Part shown: one piece after another, positions 33,637-45,888 of the stretch
Layout of the letters: each line of letters opens with the position of its first letter
Numbering within the stretch: the first letter of the stretch is position 1
NCBI GenBank assembly: GCA_001600695.1
Contig: BCKQ01000021.1
Location: forward strand, 38,031-102,030
DNA: 64,000 nucleotides
Direction: 5' to 3'
From: Ascoidea asiatica JCM 7603
Lineage: Eukaryota; Fungi; Ascomycota
The notes under the pieces: generated by a model
What the model was told of the DNA's origin: nothing
Database searches by the model: none
The model's input: the letters and a program-made list of their open reading frames with translations, nothing else
Translations under genes and position numbers: made by a program

Positions 33637-34476
33637 ACTGAACATAAATGATAAAAGAGTGTGATTAAAAATAAATAAGAAATAAGAAATAAGAAATAAG
33701 AAATAAGAAATTGAATGAAATGAAATGAATATATATGAATGTATATATGTGAATATATATATAATAAAAGATTGAATTAATTGAGTGAGTTGAATTGAAT
33801 AGAATAGAATATAATAGAAATGAGATGAAGTAAATGAATAAATAGTGAAAGAGTGTATTTATTAGTACTAGTAGTGGCAGTAGTAGTGGCAGTTGTGGTG
33901 CTGGTGCTGGTGTTTCTCTCGGTCTCACTAACAAATGAACAACAAACAGAGAAAGAAAAACAGGAGGAAGGAGCACGTGCACATAGGAGACCAGTTAGAG
34001 GGATACACCGACAACTGTGCTGATTACTAATGCATTACCTAACCGCCCTGCCCGTCCGACACTCCGCGTGCTGCACTCCGCATCCGTGGCTGGACACTTT
34101 GACACCCTGCGCGGATTCCCAAATTCGAGTCTTATTACTGCTATTACTGCTATTACTGCTATTACTGCTATTACTACACAAAACTACCACACTGTGAAAA
34201 TATCATTATTCATATTCATATTCATATTCATATTCATATCCATAGTTATTTATTATTTATTATTTATTATTGATATTATTTATATTATTTATATTATTCT
34301 CTGAAGTCAAATATATTCAATAGATATACAAATACATATGTCATAAATAGTATATAATCAGTATATTTTATTCAGTTTTCTATAATTCTCGAGATATACT
34401 TCATATTCTATTCATTACTTTATACAAGATAATTAGTAAATAGTGATTAGTAAATAGTGATTAGTAAATAGTAAAT

Positions 34477-35217
34477 ATGTCAGTATCAAATTTAGAATTA
34501 GCTAAAAAAGCTGCAGCATATCGAGCAGTTGATGAAAATGTACCAAAAGATGTAAAACTTATTGGAATTGGTTCAGGTTCAACTGTAGTTTATGCAGCTG
34601 AAAGAATTGGTCAATTATCAAATAAAAATCAATTTATTTGTATTCCAACTTCATTTCAATCAAAACAATTAATTTTTGATAATAATTTAAGATTAGGTAC
34701 AATTGATCAATATCTTGAAATTGATATAACTTTTGATGGTGCTGATGAAGTTGATAAAAATTTAAATTGTATTAAAGGTGGTGGTGCATGTTTATTTCAA
34801 GAAAAATTAGTTGCTTCATGTTCAAAAAAATTAATAATTATTGCAGATTTTAGGAAAAAATCTAAAAATTTCTTAGGTCAAAATTGGCATAATGGTATAC
34901 CGATTGAAGTTGTACCAATAGCTTGGATTAAAGTTAAAAGAGATTTAATTAGATTTGGTGCAAAAAATGTAATTTTAAGACAAGGTGGTACTCAAAAAGC
35001 AGGTCCTGTAGTAACTGATAATGGTAATTTTATTATGGATGCTGATTTTGGTATAATTGATGGTGATATAAAACATTTAAATGAAAAAATACGAACTTTA
35101 GTTGGAGTTGTTGAAACTGGTTTATTTGTTAATATGGTTGAAAAATGTTATTTTGGTAATAATGATGGTTCTGTATCTACCATATCTCATACCACCACTC
35201 CAGTCACCAATCAATAA
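34477..35217 (+). CDS. RKI1: Ribose-5-phosphate isomerase A
   Basis: [48 protein letters not shown]. Confidence 0.97.
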   Translation: MSVSNLELAKKAAAYRAVDENVPKDVKLIGIGSGSTVVYAAERIGQLSNKNQFICIPTSFQSKQLIFDNNLRLGTIDQYLEIDITFDGADEVDKNLNCIKGGGACLFQEKLVASCSKKLIIIADFRKKSKNFLGQNWHNGIPIEVVPIAWIKVKRDLIRFGAKNVILRQGGTQKAGPVVTDNGNFIMDADFGIIDGDIKHLNEKIRTLVGVVETGLFVNMVEKCYFGNNDGSVSTISHTTTPVTNQ

Positions 35218-35426
35218 CCAATGATCTTATCTCTATCTTCTCTTCTTCTTCTTCTTCTTCTCTCTCTCTCTTCATTCCCTCAGCTAGTAAATAAACAAAT
35301 AACTTACTTCTCACTACCACCACTACTACTACTACTACTACTACCACCACTACTACTACTACTACCCACTTCCACTTCCACTTCCACTTCCACCGCACCG
35401 TACCGTTCCAGTACTTTATTTACTCC

Positions 35427-35435
35427 GTGACTCAT
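35427..35435. promoter_or_regulatory. Gcn4 site GTGACTCAT upstream of FRS2
   Basis: Matches RTGACTCAT, about 280 bp before the ATG of an aminoacyl-tRNA synthetase gene. Confidence 0.6.
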
Positions 35436-35715
35436 TGAAATTTGAACAAATATTTCTTATCTACTGCTAACACTACTAATACTACTACCACTACTAATAC
35501 TAATACTACTACCACTACTAATACTAATACTAATACTACTTTTCTTTCTTTCTTTCGTTCGTTCTATGAATAATTTTTCAATCACTCACTCAATTTGATT
35601 GATATTTGAAAAATATTTGTAAACAAGTGATAAACTTGCAATAATTAATTCAAATAATCTTTAATATCATATTTCATATCATATTTCATATCATATTTCA
35701 TATCATATTACCAAA

Positions 35716-37209
35716 ATGTCTGAAGAATTAGAACAAAAAATACTTAAAACTTTAGATGAAAAAAATGAAATTTTAAATAGTGATGGATTTCAGGAAATTC
35801 CTTCTGAAATTTTAAAATCTGTTTTAAATTCTTTAGTTTCATATAATATGATAACTTTTAAAACAAATACTATTGAAAAATATATTTTAACAAATGAAGG
35901 TAAAGATATTTTAAATAATGGTTCTTATGAATATAATTTATTAAAAACAATTATTAATTTAAATGGTTTAAATTTAAATGAAATTAAAAAAATTAAAAAT
36001 GGTAATTTTGCTCAAGGTAAAGCATTTAAAAATAAATGGATTTATAAAAAAAATTCAACTTTATATTCAAATTTTAATAATTTTAATGATAATAATTTTC
36101 CAAAAGATTTAGTTAATTTACAATTAATTGAAATTAATAAATTTGGTAATTTAATAAATTTTAATAAAAATGATTTAAATGATTTAAAAAAACGTAAATT
36201 AATTATTTTAAATAAATTTTTTACTTTTGATATTTTTAAATCAAATAATTTTTCATTAATTAAAAAAAAACAAGAAACTGATATTACAATGGATTTAATT
36301 TTAAATGATAATTATAAAATTTCAAATTTTAAACCATATAATTTTAAAAGTAAAGGTATTCAAATTAATTCAGGTTCTTTACATCCATTAAATAAAATTA
36401 AAACTGAATTTAAAAATATTTTTATTTCTATGGGTTTTAAAGAAATGCAAACAAATCAATATGTTGAATCTGGTTTTTGGAATTTTGATGCTTTATTTGT
36501 ACCACAACAACATCCTGCAAGAGATTTACAAGATACATTTTATTTAAAAGATCCAATTAAAGCTAAAAAACCAAAAGATGAAAATTATTGGAATAATGTT
36601 AAAAATGTTCATGAATTTGGTAATTATGGTTCAATTGGTTATAGATATCCTTGGAAAGGTGAAGAAAGTTTAAGAACAGTTTTAAGAACTCATACAACTG
36701 CAATTTCTTCACAAATGTTATATGAATTATCAAAAAATCCAAAACCAACAAGATTATTTTCAATTGATAGAGTTTTTAGAAATGAAGCTGTTGATGCAAC
36801 TCATTTAGCTGAATTTCATCAAGTTGAAGGTGTTTTAGCAGATTTTAATACTTCATTAACTGATTTAATTAAATTCATGGAAGATTTTTTCTCAAAAATG
36901 GGTGTTTATGATTTAAGATTTAAACCTGCTTATAATCCATATACTGAACCAAGTTTAGAAATTTTTTCTTATCATAAAGGTTTAAAAAAATGGGTTGAAA
37001 TTGGTAATTCAGGTATGTTTAGACCTGAAATGTTAAGAGCTATGGGTTTACCAAAAAATTTAAATGTCTTAGGTTGGGGTTTATCTTTAGAAAGACCAAC
37101 AATGATAAAATATGGTGTTAATAATATTAGAGAATTATTAGGTCATAAAGTTAATCTTGATTTTATTGAACATAATCCTGCTGCTCGTCTTGATGAAGAT
37201 TTATATTAA
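35716..37209 (+). CDS. FRS2: Cytoplasmic phenylalanyl-tRNA synthetase alpha subunit
   Basis: [74 protein letters not shown]. Confidence 0.97.
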   Translation: MSEELEQKILKTLDEKNEILNSDGFQEIPSEILKSVLNSLVSYNMITFKTNTIEKYILTNEGKDILNNGSYEYNLLKTIINLNGLNLNEIKKIKNGNFAQGKAFKNKWIYKKNSTLYSNFNNFNDNNFPKDLVNLQLIEINKFGNLINFNKNDLNDLKKRKLIILNKFFTFDIFKSNNFSLIKKKQETDITMDLILNDNYKISNFKPYNFKSKGIQINSGSLHPLNKIKTEFKNIFISMGFKEMQTNQYVESGFWNFDALFVPQQHPARDLQDTFYLKDPIKAKKPKDENYWNNVKNVHEFGNYGSIGYRYPWKGEESLRTVLRTHTTAISSQMLYELSKNPKPTRLFSIDRVFRNEAVDATHLAEFHQVEGVLADFNTSLTDLIKFMEDFFSKMGVYDLRFKPAYNPYTEPSLEIFSYHKGLKKWVEIGNSGMFRPEMLRAMGLPKNLNVLGWGLSLERPTMIKYGVNNIRELLGHKVNLDFIEHNPAARLDEDLY

Positions 37210-37214
37210 TTACT

Positions 37215-37220
<6 letters not shown>

Positions 37221-37256
<36 letters not shown>
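37221..37256. repeat. (TA)n microsatellite in the convergent FRS2/ROX3 terminator region
   Basis: About 18 TA units just after the FRS2 stop. Confidence 0.9.
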
Positions 37257-37263
<7 letters not shown>

Positions 37264-37368
37264 TTTTATTTTTTATATATTAAGTATATATATAACATAT
37301 ACAATATATATAATATATATAATATTTATAATCATATAAACTACCGGTAGATATTTATTTTTAATAAC

Positions 37369-37938
37369 TTATAAACGACGACGTTTATTATCAATATCAT
37401 TATTATCAAATTGAACATTATTAATTTTTTTTCTTTTTAAATTTTTTTTATCAAAATCATTTGAATTTGGTGTTGCAGGTTTAAATTGTAAATCATCAAA
37501 TTCAATATCATTTAAATCATCTAATTTTGTTTTATTAAAATTTAAAGCATTTGAAATTAAATATTTATCTATTGGTTTAATTAAATTTTTTAAATTATTT
37601 ATATTTTTTAAAGGTGGTGGTGGTGGTTGATTTAAAATTAATGAAGTTAAATCATTTTCAATTTTTATTGTATGTTTACCAGGTAAATCAGAAATATGAG
37701 ATTTATATGATTTTCTTAATTTTACAGCTTTTTCACCATTTGGTTTTGTTCTTGCAACTGAATTTGCAATATCTGATAAATTAAATAATTTTATTAAATT
37801 ATCTAATGGTGATGGATTATTTTTTTTATAATAATTTTTTGAATTTATACAATATAAATCAAAATCTTTTGATTCCATTAATTCTTTTGATTTCTCTTTT
37901 TTGGATTCCATTAATTTAATTGATTCATTATTTATCAT
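37369..37938 (-). CDS. ROX3: Mediator subunit Med19/Rox3
   Basis: PSPLDNLIKLFNL..IANSVARTKPNGEKAVKLRKSYKSHISDLPGK, DDLQF, C-terminal KRRRL. ATG at 37938; later in-frame Mets are possible starts. Confidence 0.88.
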   Translation of the reverse strand: MINNESIKLMESKKEKSKELMESKDFDLYCINSKNYYKKNNPSPLDNLIKLFNLSDIANSVARTKPNGEKAVKLRKSYKSHISDLPGKHTIKIENDLTSLILNQPPPPPLKNINNLKNLIKPIDKYLISNALNFNKTKLDDLNDIEFDDLQFKPATPNSNDFDKKNLKRKKINNVQFDNNDIDNKRRRL

Positions 37939-38299
37939 TTTCAAATAGATTTATTTTAATTTAAAAAGAAAGCAACTTACTTACTTGATTATATTAACTA
38001 TATTAAAAAAAATAGCCCCATTATCTTGTTAAAATACACTTATAAGACCCACTTCAACTCTAGCCTTGACTAATAATACTTATAATACCCTCAATATCTT
38101 CAATATCTTCAATATCTTCAATAACAACTGGTTATCAATGCTAATATGAACACCAACTTCTACTCTTCTGATATAATCATACTTCAGAAACAGCAGAATC
38201 AACAAAACATTTTGTATTTTATTTCATTCAAACACTCAATGATTTTAATTTGATTAATCACAGAGAACCGAGGGTGCAAGCCACCGTTTGCATTTTTTG

Positions 38300-38307
38300 C
38301 ACGTGAC
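38300..38307. promoter_or_regulatory. Cbf1 site CACGTGAC in the divergent ROX3/RUP1 promoter
   Basis: Reverse complement of GTCACGTG in a GC island. Confidence 0.6.
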
Positions 38308-38545
38308 GCCTCCATAAACACCCCCGGTTTCTCTCTCTGTTTTGATTCAAGTTCTGTTCGTGCTTATCGAGTCTGAGATCTCAGTAACACCACCAATTTA
38401 GATGAATCAATAATTGCAATATACAAGATATAAAATACTAAATATAAAATATGATTACAACAATTCATTAAAACTATTAACAATAAATGAATTATATATT
38501 CATATTCTATATCAATCATCAAGTGAATATATATTACATTCAATA

Positions 38546-41500
38546 ATGGCGGTTGCATCCTCCAATATGATAGTGGATATGAACAATGTTCGTTCCATAA
38601 TAGAAATGGGATTCCCTGAACAGAAGGCAAAAGTAGCTTTATCTGTAAGTAAATAATTAATATTAAGATAATAAATTTATAATTGTATAAAATACTAACA
38701 ACAATAATCATCATCAATTATTTATTCTAGAGATCAAATAATAATGTTGAAATAGCTATTACAAAACTTTTAAATAATGAAATCACTTCCGATGATGAAA
38801 ATGAATTTATTCCAACAAATATACATGAAGTAAGTTTCAAATTCAATTTATCATTTTTTTTTATCTTTAAATTCATTAACTAACTTTTTATACAAAAAGG
38901 CTAATTTTATAAATATAGATTCATCTTCAGAAGAAGAAGTGACTGAATTTAATTTTATGAAAAATGAAAAAACTGGAGATTATGAAATGAATAAAGTTCC
39001 AAATAATACTAATTCTTCACATAATAATTCTTCAATTATTAATACCATTATTACTAATAATAATAATAATAATAATAGTAATAGTAATAGTACAAATGAT
39101 ATTACTAATGAAATAGATGATGAATTAGATGATTTTGATGATTATCATTCTAATTTCCAACCAAATAATATTAATAATACTATTTCCATTAATCCAAATA
39201 AACTTAATATTAATCAAAATATTAATTTATCTGAAAAACCTGAATTACCTGCAAGACCAATAATTTCCAATTCTTTAATTAATTCAACTAAATCTTCAAT
39301 TCCAACTGCAGCTGCAAATACTAATGCTAATGCTAATGCTAATACTACAACTATCACTAATACTAATAGTAATCATATTAATAATAATTCTACTGATACA
39401 ACAAATTCTAATAATACTGCTCCTTTTTTAGAATTATCTGAATGTTTTTCAAATCCAGAATCTACTTCAAATTCATATCCTGATGATAATATTTCTTCTT
39501 CTGATTCTTTATCAAATAATACTTCAAATAATCAATCAAATATTAATTCATATAACTCAAATAATTCAAATAATCGTACAACAATAAAAGAATTTGAATT
39601 TCAAGATGAAATTCAAAATAGATCTAGAGGTAGATCAAATCCAAATGATTTAAATTTTAATTCAATTTATAATAAACCTTCAAGTTTTAAAAAAAATGAT
39701 AATGATCCATCAATTTTATTACCAATTAAAATTAATTCAAAAAAAAATTATTTTATAATGTTATTTATGATTTTACATCAAATACCAAAATTTAAATCAA
39801 ATTTATTTCAATTTCAATTTAATGATTATGGTTTAAAAAATTCAAAAATTATTAATAATGATATTAATAATGATAATTATTATAATAAAATTTATGAAAA
39901 TAAAGATTATGAAAATAATTTTCCAAATTGGTGGAATAATGAAAAAATTATTTTAAATTCTTCAAAATCTTTAAATTTTAAATTTTTATTAGAATCTCAA
40001 CGTTTAATTGGTTTTTTAAATGGTTTATCAAAAAGATCTTTTTCTTCTGCTTTTAATTTTTTAAATTCTTTACCTTCTACTTTATCTAAATCAATTAATG
40101 AACCTGATTTTGATCATGCAATTGGTTTATTTTTTGATCTTTTATTTGGTCAATTATCAAGAACTTTATTTGATAAAGCAAATCATGAAAAACTTAAAAA
40201 TGATGAATTAAAGAATAATAAAGATGAAAATAAAGAAAAAAATATTGAAGACAATGAAAATGAAAATGAAAATGAAAGTGAAAGTGATGAAAAAAAGATT
40301 AAAGATAATAATGAAATAAATTTAGAAGAAAAAATTAATGAAAATAAATTTATTAATTTATCTAATCAAGAAATATATGAAAAATTTCAAAAACTTTATG
40401 CAACAGAAATTATAAGTGATGGTTATCCAAGATTATATTATACAATGCCAATTGAATTTGAAAATATTAAATCAAATATTTATGAAACTTTATGTTCAAC
40501 AATTTGGGATTCTGATATTAAAAGAATAAATGATATTCATTTTGGTGAATTAGGAGATATAATAACTTTTTCATTTGGTAATTTTGAAAATTCATTTTCA
40601 AATTATAATAATAATACTCATAATTATCATTATAATTATGCTTTTAATTTAGATGAATATTTTTATCCACAAATTTTTACAAAAAAATATTCTTCAATAT
40701 TAAAATCAAAAATTTTAATTAATGAAAAAATTAAAAAAAGATTAAAAAAAGTTAATAATGAAAAAATATTATTTACAAGTCATAATGGTAAAAGAGTTGA
40801 AACATTTTTATCAAATTCTTTAAAATATCTTAATTATAAACTAAAAGAAAGTGAATTAAATAAAAATATTATTACAATTGAAAAAATTTCTGAAAATGAT
40901 GGTAATTCTGATACTCAAATTACTGATAATTCATCTAATGAATTTGAAAATAGTAATGAAAATATTCTTGATACAGAAGATAAAAAAATAGAAAATTATG
41001 AAAATGCTATTAATGATTTAGGTGATTATATACAAGAAATTTCTGAATTAAAAAAAGATTTATTAAAAGAAACAGATTCTTTATTACATTCAAAAGATAA
41101 AATAGATTTTAAAAATATTCCTGACATGGTTCATCATTTTAATGGTAAAATAAAAGATGCTCAAATTTTAAAACGTAAAAATTCAGCTGCTATAATAGAA
41201 TATGAGAATTTAAAAGATTTATTAGAAGAACAAGAAAAAGTATTTAAAGAAAAATTTGGAATAGATTATAATGAATTGGCAGATTTAGAAGAAATAGAAC
41301 CATATTTATTAACTGGAATAATTATAAGTAAAACAGAATTTTTTTACCTTTTAAATTATAAATTTCCAATATGGGCCAGAGTTCATTATACAGGTAGTTC
41401 AAATGAAATAAATTCTTTTAATGCAGAAATTTATGAATTTAATAATATTGCAAGTTATATGCTTAGAAAAACAAAAGATGAATCATTATCTGAACCAATT

Positions 41501-41746
41501 TTATTAACTTATGTTAAAGAATCTACATTTGAAACAAGAACACCAATGCCACCATTTTCAGAAGAATTTCTTGATTTTTTTAGACAAGATTTTGAAACTG
41601 TAAAGGCTGCTGTGAATAGTGATTCTAGTGATAGTGCTAGTACAGATTCAAGTGAAATGTTAATTGATGAAGAAGATGATGATAATGAAAATGAAGTAAC
41701 TGAAAAAAAAAATTATGAAGCAAGTGCAGAAAATGAATTGAATTAA
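38546..41746 (+). CDS. RUP1: Rup1 UBA-domain protein, three exons (38546-38644, 38731-38829, 38900-41746), ~1014 aa
   Basis: Spliced N-terminus gives a UBA domain VRSIIEMGFPEQKAKVALS|RSNNNVEIAITKLL. The body has Rup1-like blocks DPSILLP, KRSFSSA, FYPQIFTK, SHNGKRVETFL, PYLLT, SEPILLTYVKE. Confidence 0.82.
38645..38730 (+). other. RUP1: RUP1 intron 1 (86 nt, phase 0)
   Basis: GTAAGT at 38645, TACTAAC 38693-38699, TAG ending 38730; splits the UBA domain. Confidence 0.92.
38830..38899 (+). other. RUP1: RUP1 intron 2 (70 nt, phase 0, weak signals)
   Basis: GTAAGT at 38830, variant branch point AACTAAC 38878-38884, AAG acceptor at 38899, the only nearby acceptor in frame with the long ORF. Confidence 0.7.
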
Positions 41747-42356
41747 TCTGAGTATGATTTGCATAGAAATCAACAGCTATTTTTTACATAATATTTTTAA
41801 CGTAATCTAAAAGCAAATGGAGTGATTTGTTTTTAGGAGTATTAATTGTGGAGCAATTCAGGAGTCAAATCATCAAAACTTCTTTATTTTCGTATTTTTT
41901 TTATATAATTTTTATGTTAATATTGTAAATGTCAGATAATTTATTCACAAAATGATCTATTGCTGTTATTGATTGTTATTGTAAATTAAGATCAAATCAA
42001 AGCTTTATTAATAACCGGGATCGGAAAGTTACAAAAAAGGATTTGAGTTAGCCGAACTGCGGCACAAAAAGGGGGTTTACATTTTACAAACCTCAATCAA
42101 TTGTAAAATTTAAACCCCGATAATGCGGCACAGCAATTTTAATATTTTTTTTTTTTTTTCAGAAAAATAAATTAAAAAATTTAAAAATTTAAAATATTTA
42201 AATCAAAATATTCAAATTAAAATATTCAAATTGAAATATTCAAATTAAAAAATAATATATAATCAAAAGTTCAATACCACTTTAGTAAAAGAGCATAATA
42301 CTTGCGCCAACCTTTTAGTGATAGCAAAAATAAAGAACTGAATAAATAATAAAAGA

Positions 42357-43901
42357 ATGGGTAAAATATCTGTGGCAAGTGGAAGAACTAAACAGAGACA
42401 TAGTCCCTTATATAAGGACATAACTGAAGGTCCTAGTTCAAGAAAAAATATAAATAAGAAAAATAAAAATAAATCACAGGCTCAATCAAAAGTGAAAAAG
42501 CCCAGTAATAATAGAGATCAAGATGATGAAGATAAAGAAGATGAAATGATATTGGATTCAACTACTTCTGGTAGAATTCTTCAGCTTGCCAAAGAACAAC
42601 AAGAAGAAATTGAAAATGAAGAAAGAGAACAAAATAAAAGTAATATCAGATTTAGTAATATTGGTAAAATATCGGTAAATGATATAAGAGATGATTTAGA
42701 AAATGAATCAGATGAAGCAAATGAAGAAGAATATAATCATGGTAATTTTTTTGAATTTGGTGAGGGTGATTTAGAATATAGCGAAAATGAGGAACAAGAA
42801 GAAGAAGAAATAGTTAATATTGATGACGATGAAGATATTGCATTATATAATAAATATATGGATAGTCTTAATAATGGATCTGGTGCATATAATTTAGCAG
42901 ATAAAATTTTGGTTGAAATTGCAATGAAAAAGAAACAAAATGAAATCCAATTAGATAAACCAATGGAAAGACCAACTGATGGTGTTCAAGTTCCACCTTT
43001 AGTTATTGCTGCATATACAAAATTAGGTGAAGTTTTATCAACTTGGACTCATGGTAAATTACCAAAAATTTTTAAAAGATTACCAAGTGAAGAAAATTGG
43101 AAAGATATTTTATATGTTTCAAATCCAGATATTTGGTCAAATCAAGCAATTTATGAAGCAACAAAATTATTTGTTTCAAATTTAAATGCAAATGAATCTG
43201 AATATTTTATTAATAATGTTTTATTAGATAGAGTAAGAAAAGATATTGAAACTAATCAATTATCTAATAATGAAGGTAAGAAATTAAATTATCATTTATA
43301 TAGATCATTGAAAAAAGCTTTATATAAACCTGCTGCATTTTTTAAAGGATTTTTATTTCCATTAGTTGAATCAAATTGTACAAAAGCTGAAGCTATAATT
43401 ATTGGTTCTGTATTAGCAAAAGTTTCAATACCTGTATTACATTCATCAACAGCTTTATGTCATTTATTAAAATTAAAATTCACTCCAGCATTAACTGTAT
43501 TTATTACAGTTTTAATTGAAAAAAAATATGCATTACCATTTCAAGTAATTGATGATTTAGTATTTTATTTCATGAGATTTAGATTAGTTAATATAAGAAA
43601 TGAACTTGATATGGAAGATTTAGATATGGAAAATGGAAATAATACTCAAAGTTTAAAACAATTAAAGAAAAAAGCTCCTCCATTACCAATAGTTTGGTAT
43701 AAAGCCTTTTTGGTTTTTGCTCAAAGATATAAAAATGATATAACTGATGATCAAAGAGATTTTTTACTTGAAACTTGTCGTCAAAGATTTCATAAAGATA
43801 TAAGTCCAGAAATACGTAGAGAATTAATGGCTGGTGCTCCAAGACTTCCTGAAGGTATGCAAGAAAGAGAAGCAGAACCTCTTGGACTTGGTGTTTTTTA
43901 G
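42357..43901 (+). CDS. ENP1: Bystin/Enp1, 40S biogenesis factor
   Basis: ILQLAKEQQEEI, WTHGKLPKIFK, YEATKLFVSNL, KLNYHLYRSLKKALYKPAAFFKGFLFPL, FAQRYKNDITDDQRDFLLET. Confidence 0.96.
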   Translation: MGKISVASGRTKQRHSPLYKDITEGPSSRKNINKKNKNKSQAQSKVKKPSNNRDQDDEDKEDEMILDSTTSGRILQLAKEQQEEIENEEREQNKSNIRFSNIGKISVNDIRDDLENESDEANEEEYNHGNFFEFGEGDLEYSENEEQEEEEIVNIDDDEDIALYNKYMDSLNNGSGAYNLADKILVEIAMKKKQNEIQLDKPMERPTDGVQVPPLVIAAYTKLGEVLSTWTHGKLPKIFKRLPSEENWKDILYVSNPDIWSNQAIYEATKLFVSNLNANESEYFINNVLLDRVRKDIETNQLSNNEGKKLNYHLYRSLKKALYKPAAFFKGFLFPLVESNCTKAEAIIIGSVLAKVSIPVLHSSTALCHLLKLKFTPALTVFITVLIEKKYALPFQVIDDLVFYFMRFRLVNIRNELDMEDLDMENGNNTQSLKQLKKKAPPLPIVWYKAFLVFAQRYKNDITDDQRDFLLETCRQRFHKDISPEIRRELMAGAPRLPEGMQEREAEPLGLGVF

Positions 43902-44304
43902 TTTTCATTCTATAATTTCTTATTTAGAATTCTTTCTTTCTTTCTTTCTTTCTTTCTTTTTTTTACCTTCCACTGATAAACTGACTATCTTGAATAACAT
44001 AATAATAATAGTAGTACTATAGAAACACTGTGACAGAACTGGATCTCTGATAAAGCAGTGATAAAAGGAATATATACTATTTTAATAGAACCAAATCAAA
44101 CAGTTTATTATAAGAATATTAATAATATTTTTTAAATATCTTGTAGCTAGTTTATTTTAAAATAATAATAATTATTTTTGTTTGAAATTGAGTGAAATTT
44201 GAAAAATTTAAAAAATCAAAAGGGAAAAAATTAAGGTTTGACAGCTTCGTCAGTTTTCGGATGAAAAATTTCACGTTTTTCATTCAAAGGAAATTTCACA
44301 AAAA

Positions 44305-44313
44305 ATGACTAAT
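44305..44313. promoter_or_regulatory. Gcn4-like site ATGACTAAT upstream of ARO4
   Basis: One mismatch from ATGACTCAT, about 300 bp before the ATG. ARO4 is a known Gcn4 target in S. cerevisiae. Confidence 0.45.
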
Positions 44314-44586
44314 AAAATGCTTGGCTTTAAAGGTCTAAAGAACAAATTTAAACAAATTTGATATTTTAAAAGAAATCTTTGTTTGAAGATTGAAAAATTA
44401 AGGTTGATTTCATTATTTCTGTATTTTATTTAATTGTTATAAATAGAAAGGTTTCTTCTTTTGACTTCTAGTTGAGTAATATTACTTTGAAATAGATTCA
44501 TTCAAGTTTAATTTTATCCTTATACTCTCTCAATCAATATTCTAATTATCTAAAATTCTTTATATATATATTTTTTAAATCTTTAA

Positions 44587-45711
<1,125 letters not shown>

Positions 45712-45888
45712 GAAACCTTATTTTTTTTTCTTTAAAATATTTTAAAATATTTCAAAATATTATCAAAATAGATATTTTTTTTTATTGAATTTTTTATTAT
45801 ATTTTTTGTTTCTTTATTTAGTGATTGTTTGTATATACAGAAAAAAAAAAAAAAGAAAATTTTTAAAATGTTTATGGGGTTTAAGTGA

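Noticed and set aside
33632-33638. GTATGT donor-like sequence overlapping the MOB2 start
   Set aside because: No downstream TACTAAC found, and the unspliced frame already gives the conserved MSFF...RNSKKNKN N-terminus.
33665-35430. Low-complexity ORFs around MOB2 and RKI1
   Set aside because: Translations of simple repeats such as (CTA)n, (CTTCCA)n and (ATTACTGCT)n.
37975-37984. GTAAGT donors upstream of ROX3 on the minus strand
   Set aside because: Part of an (AAGT)n repeat; no branch point or acceptor found downstream.
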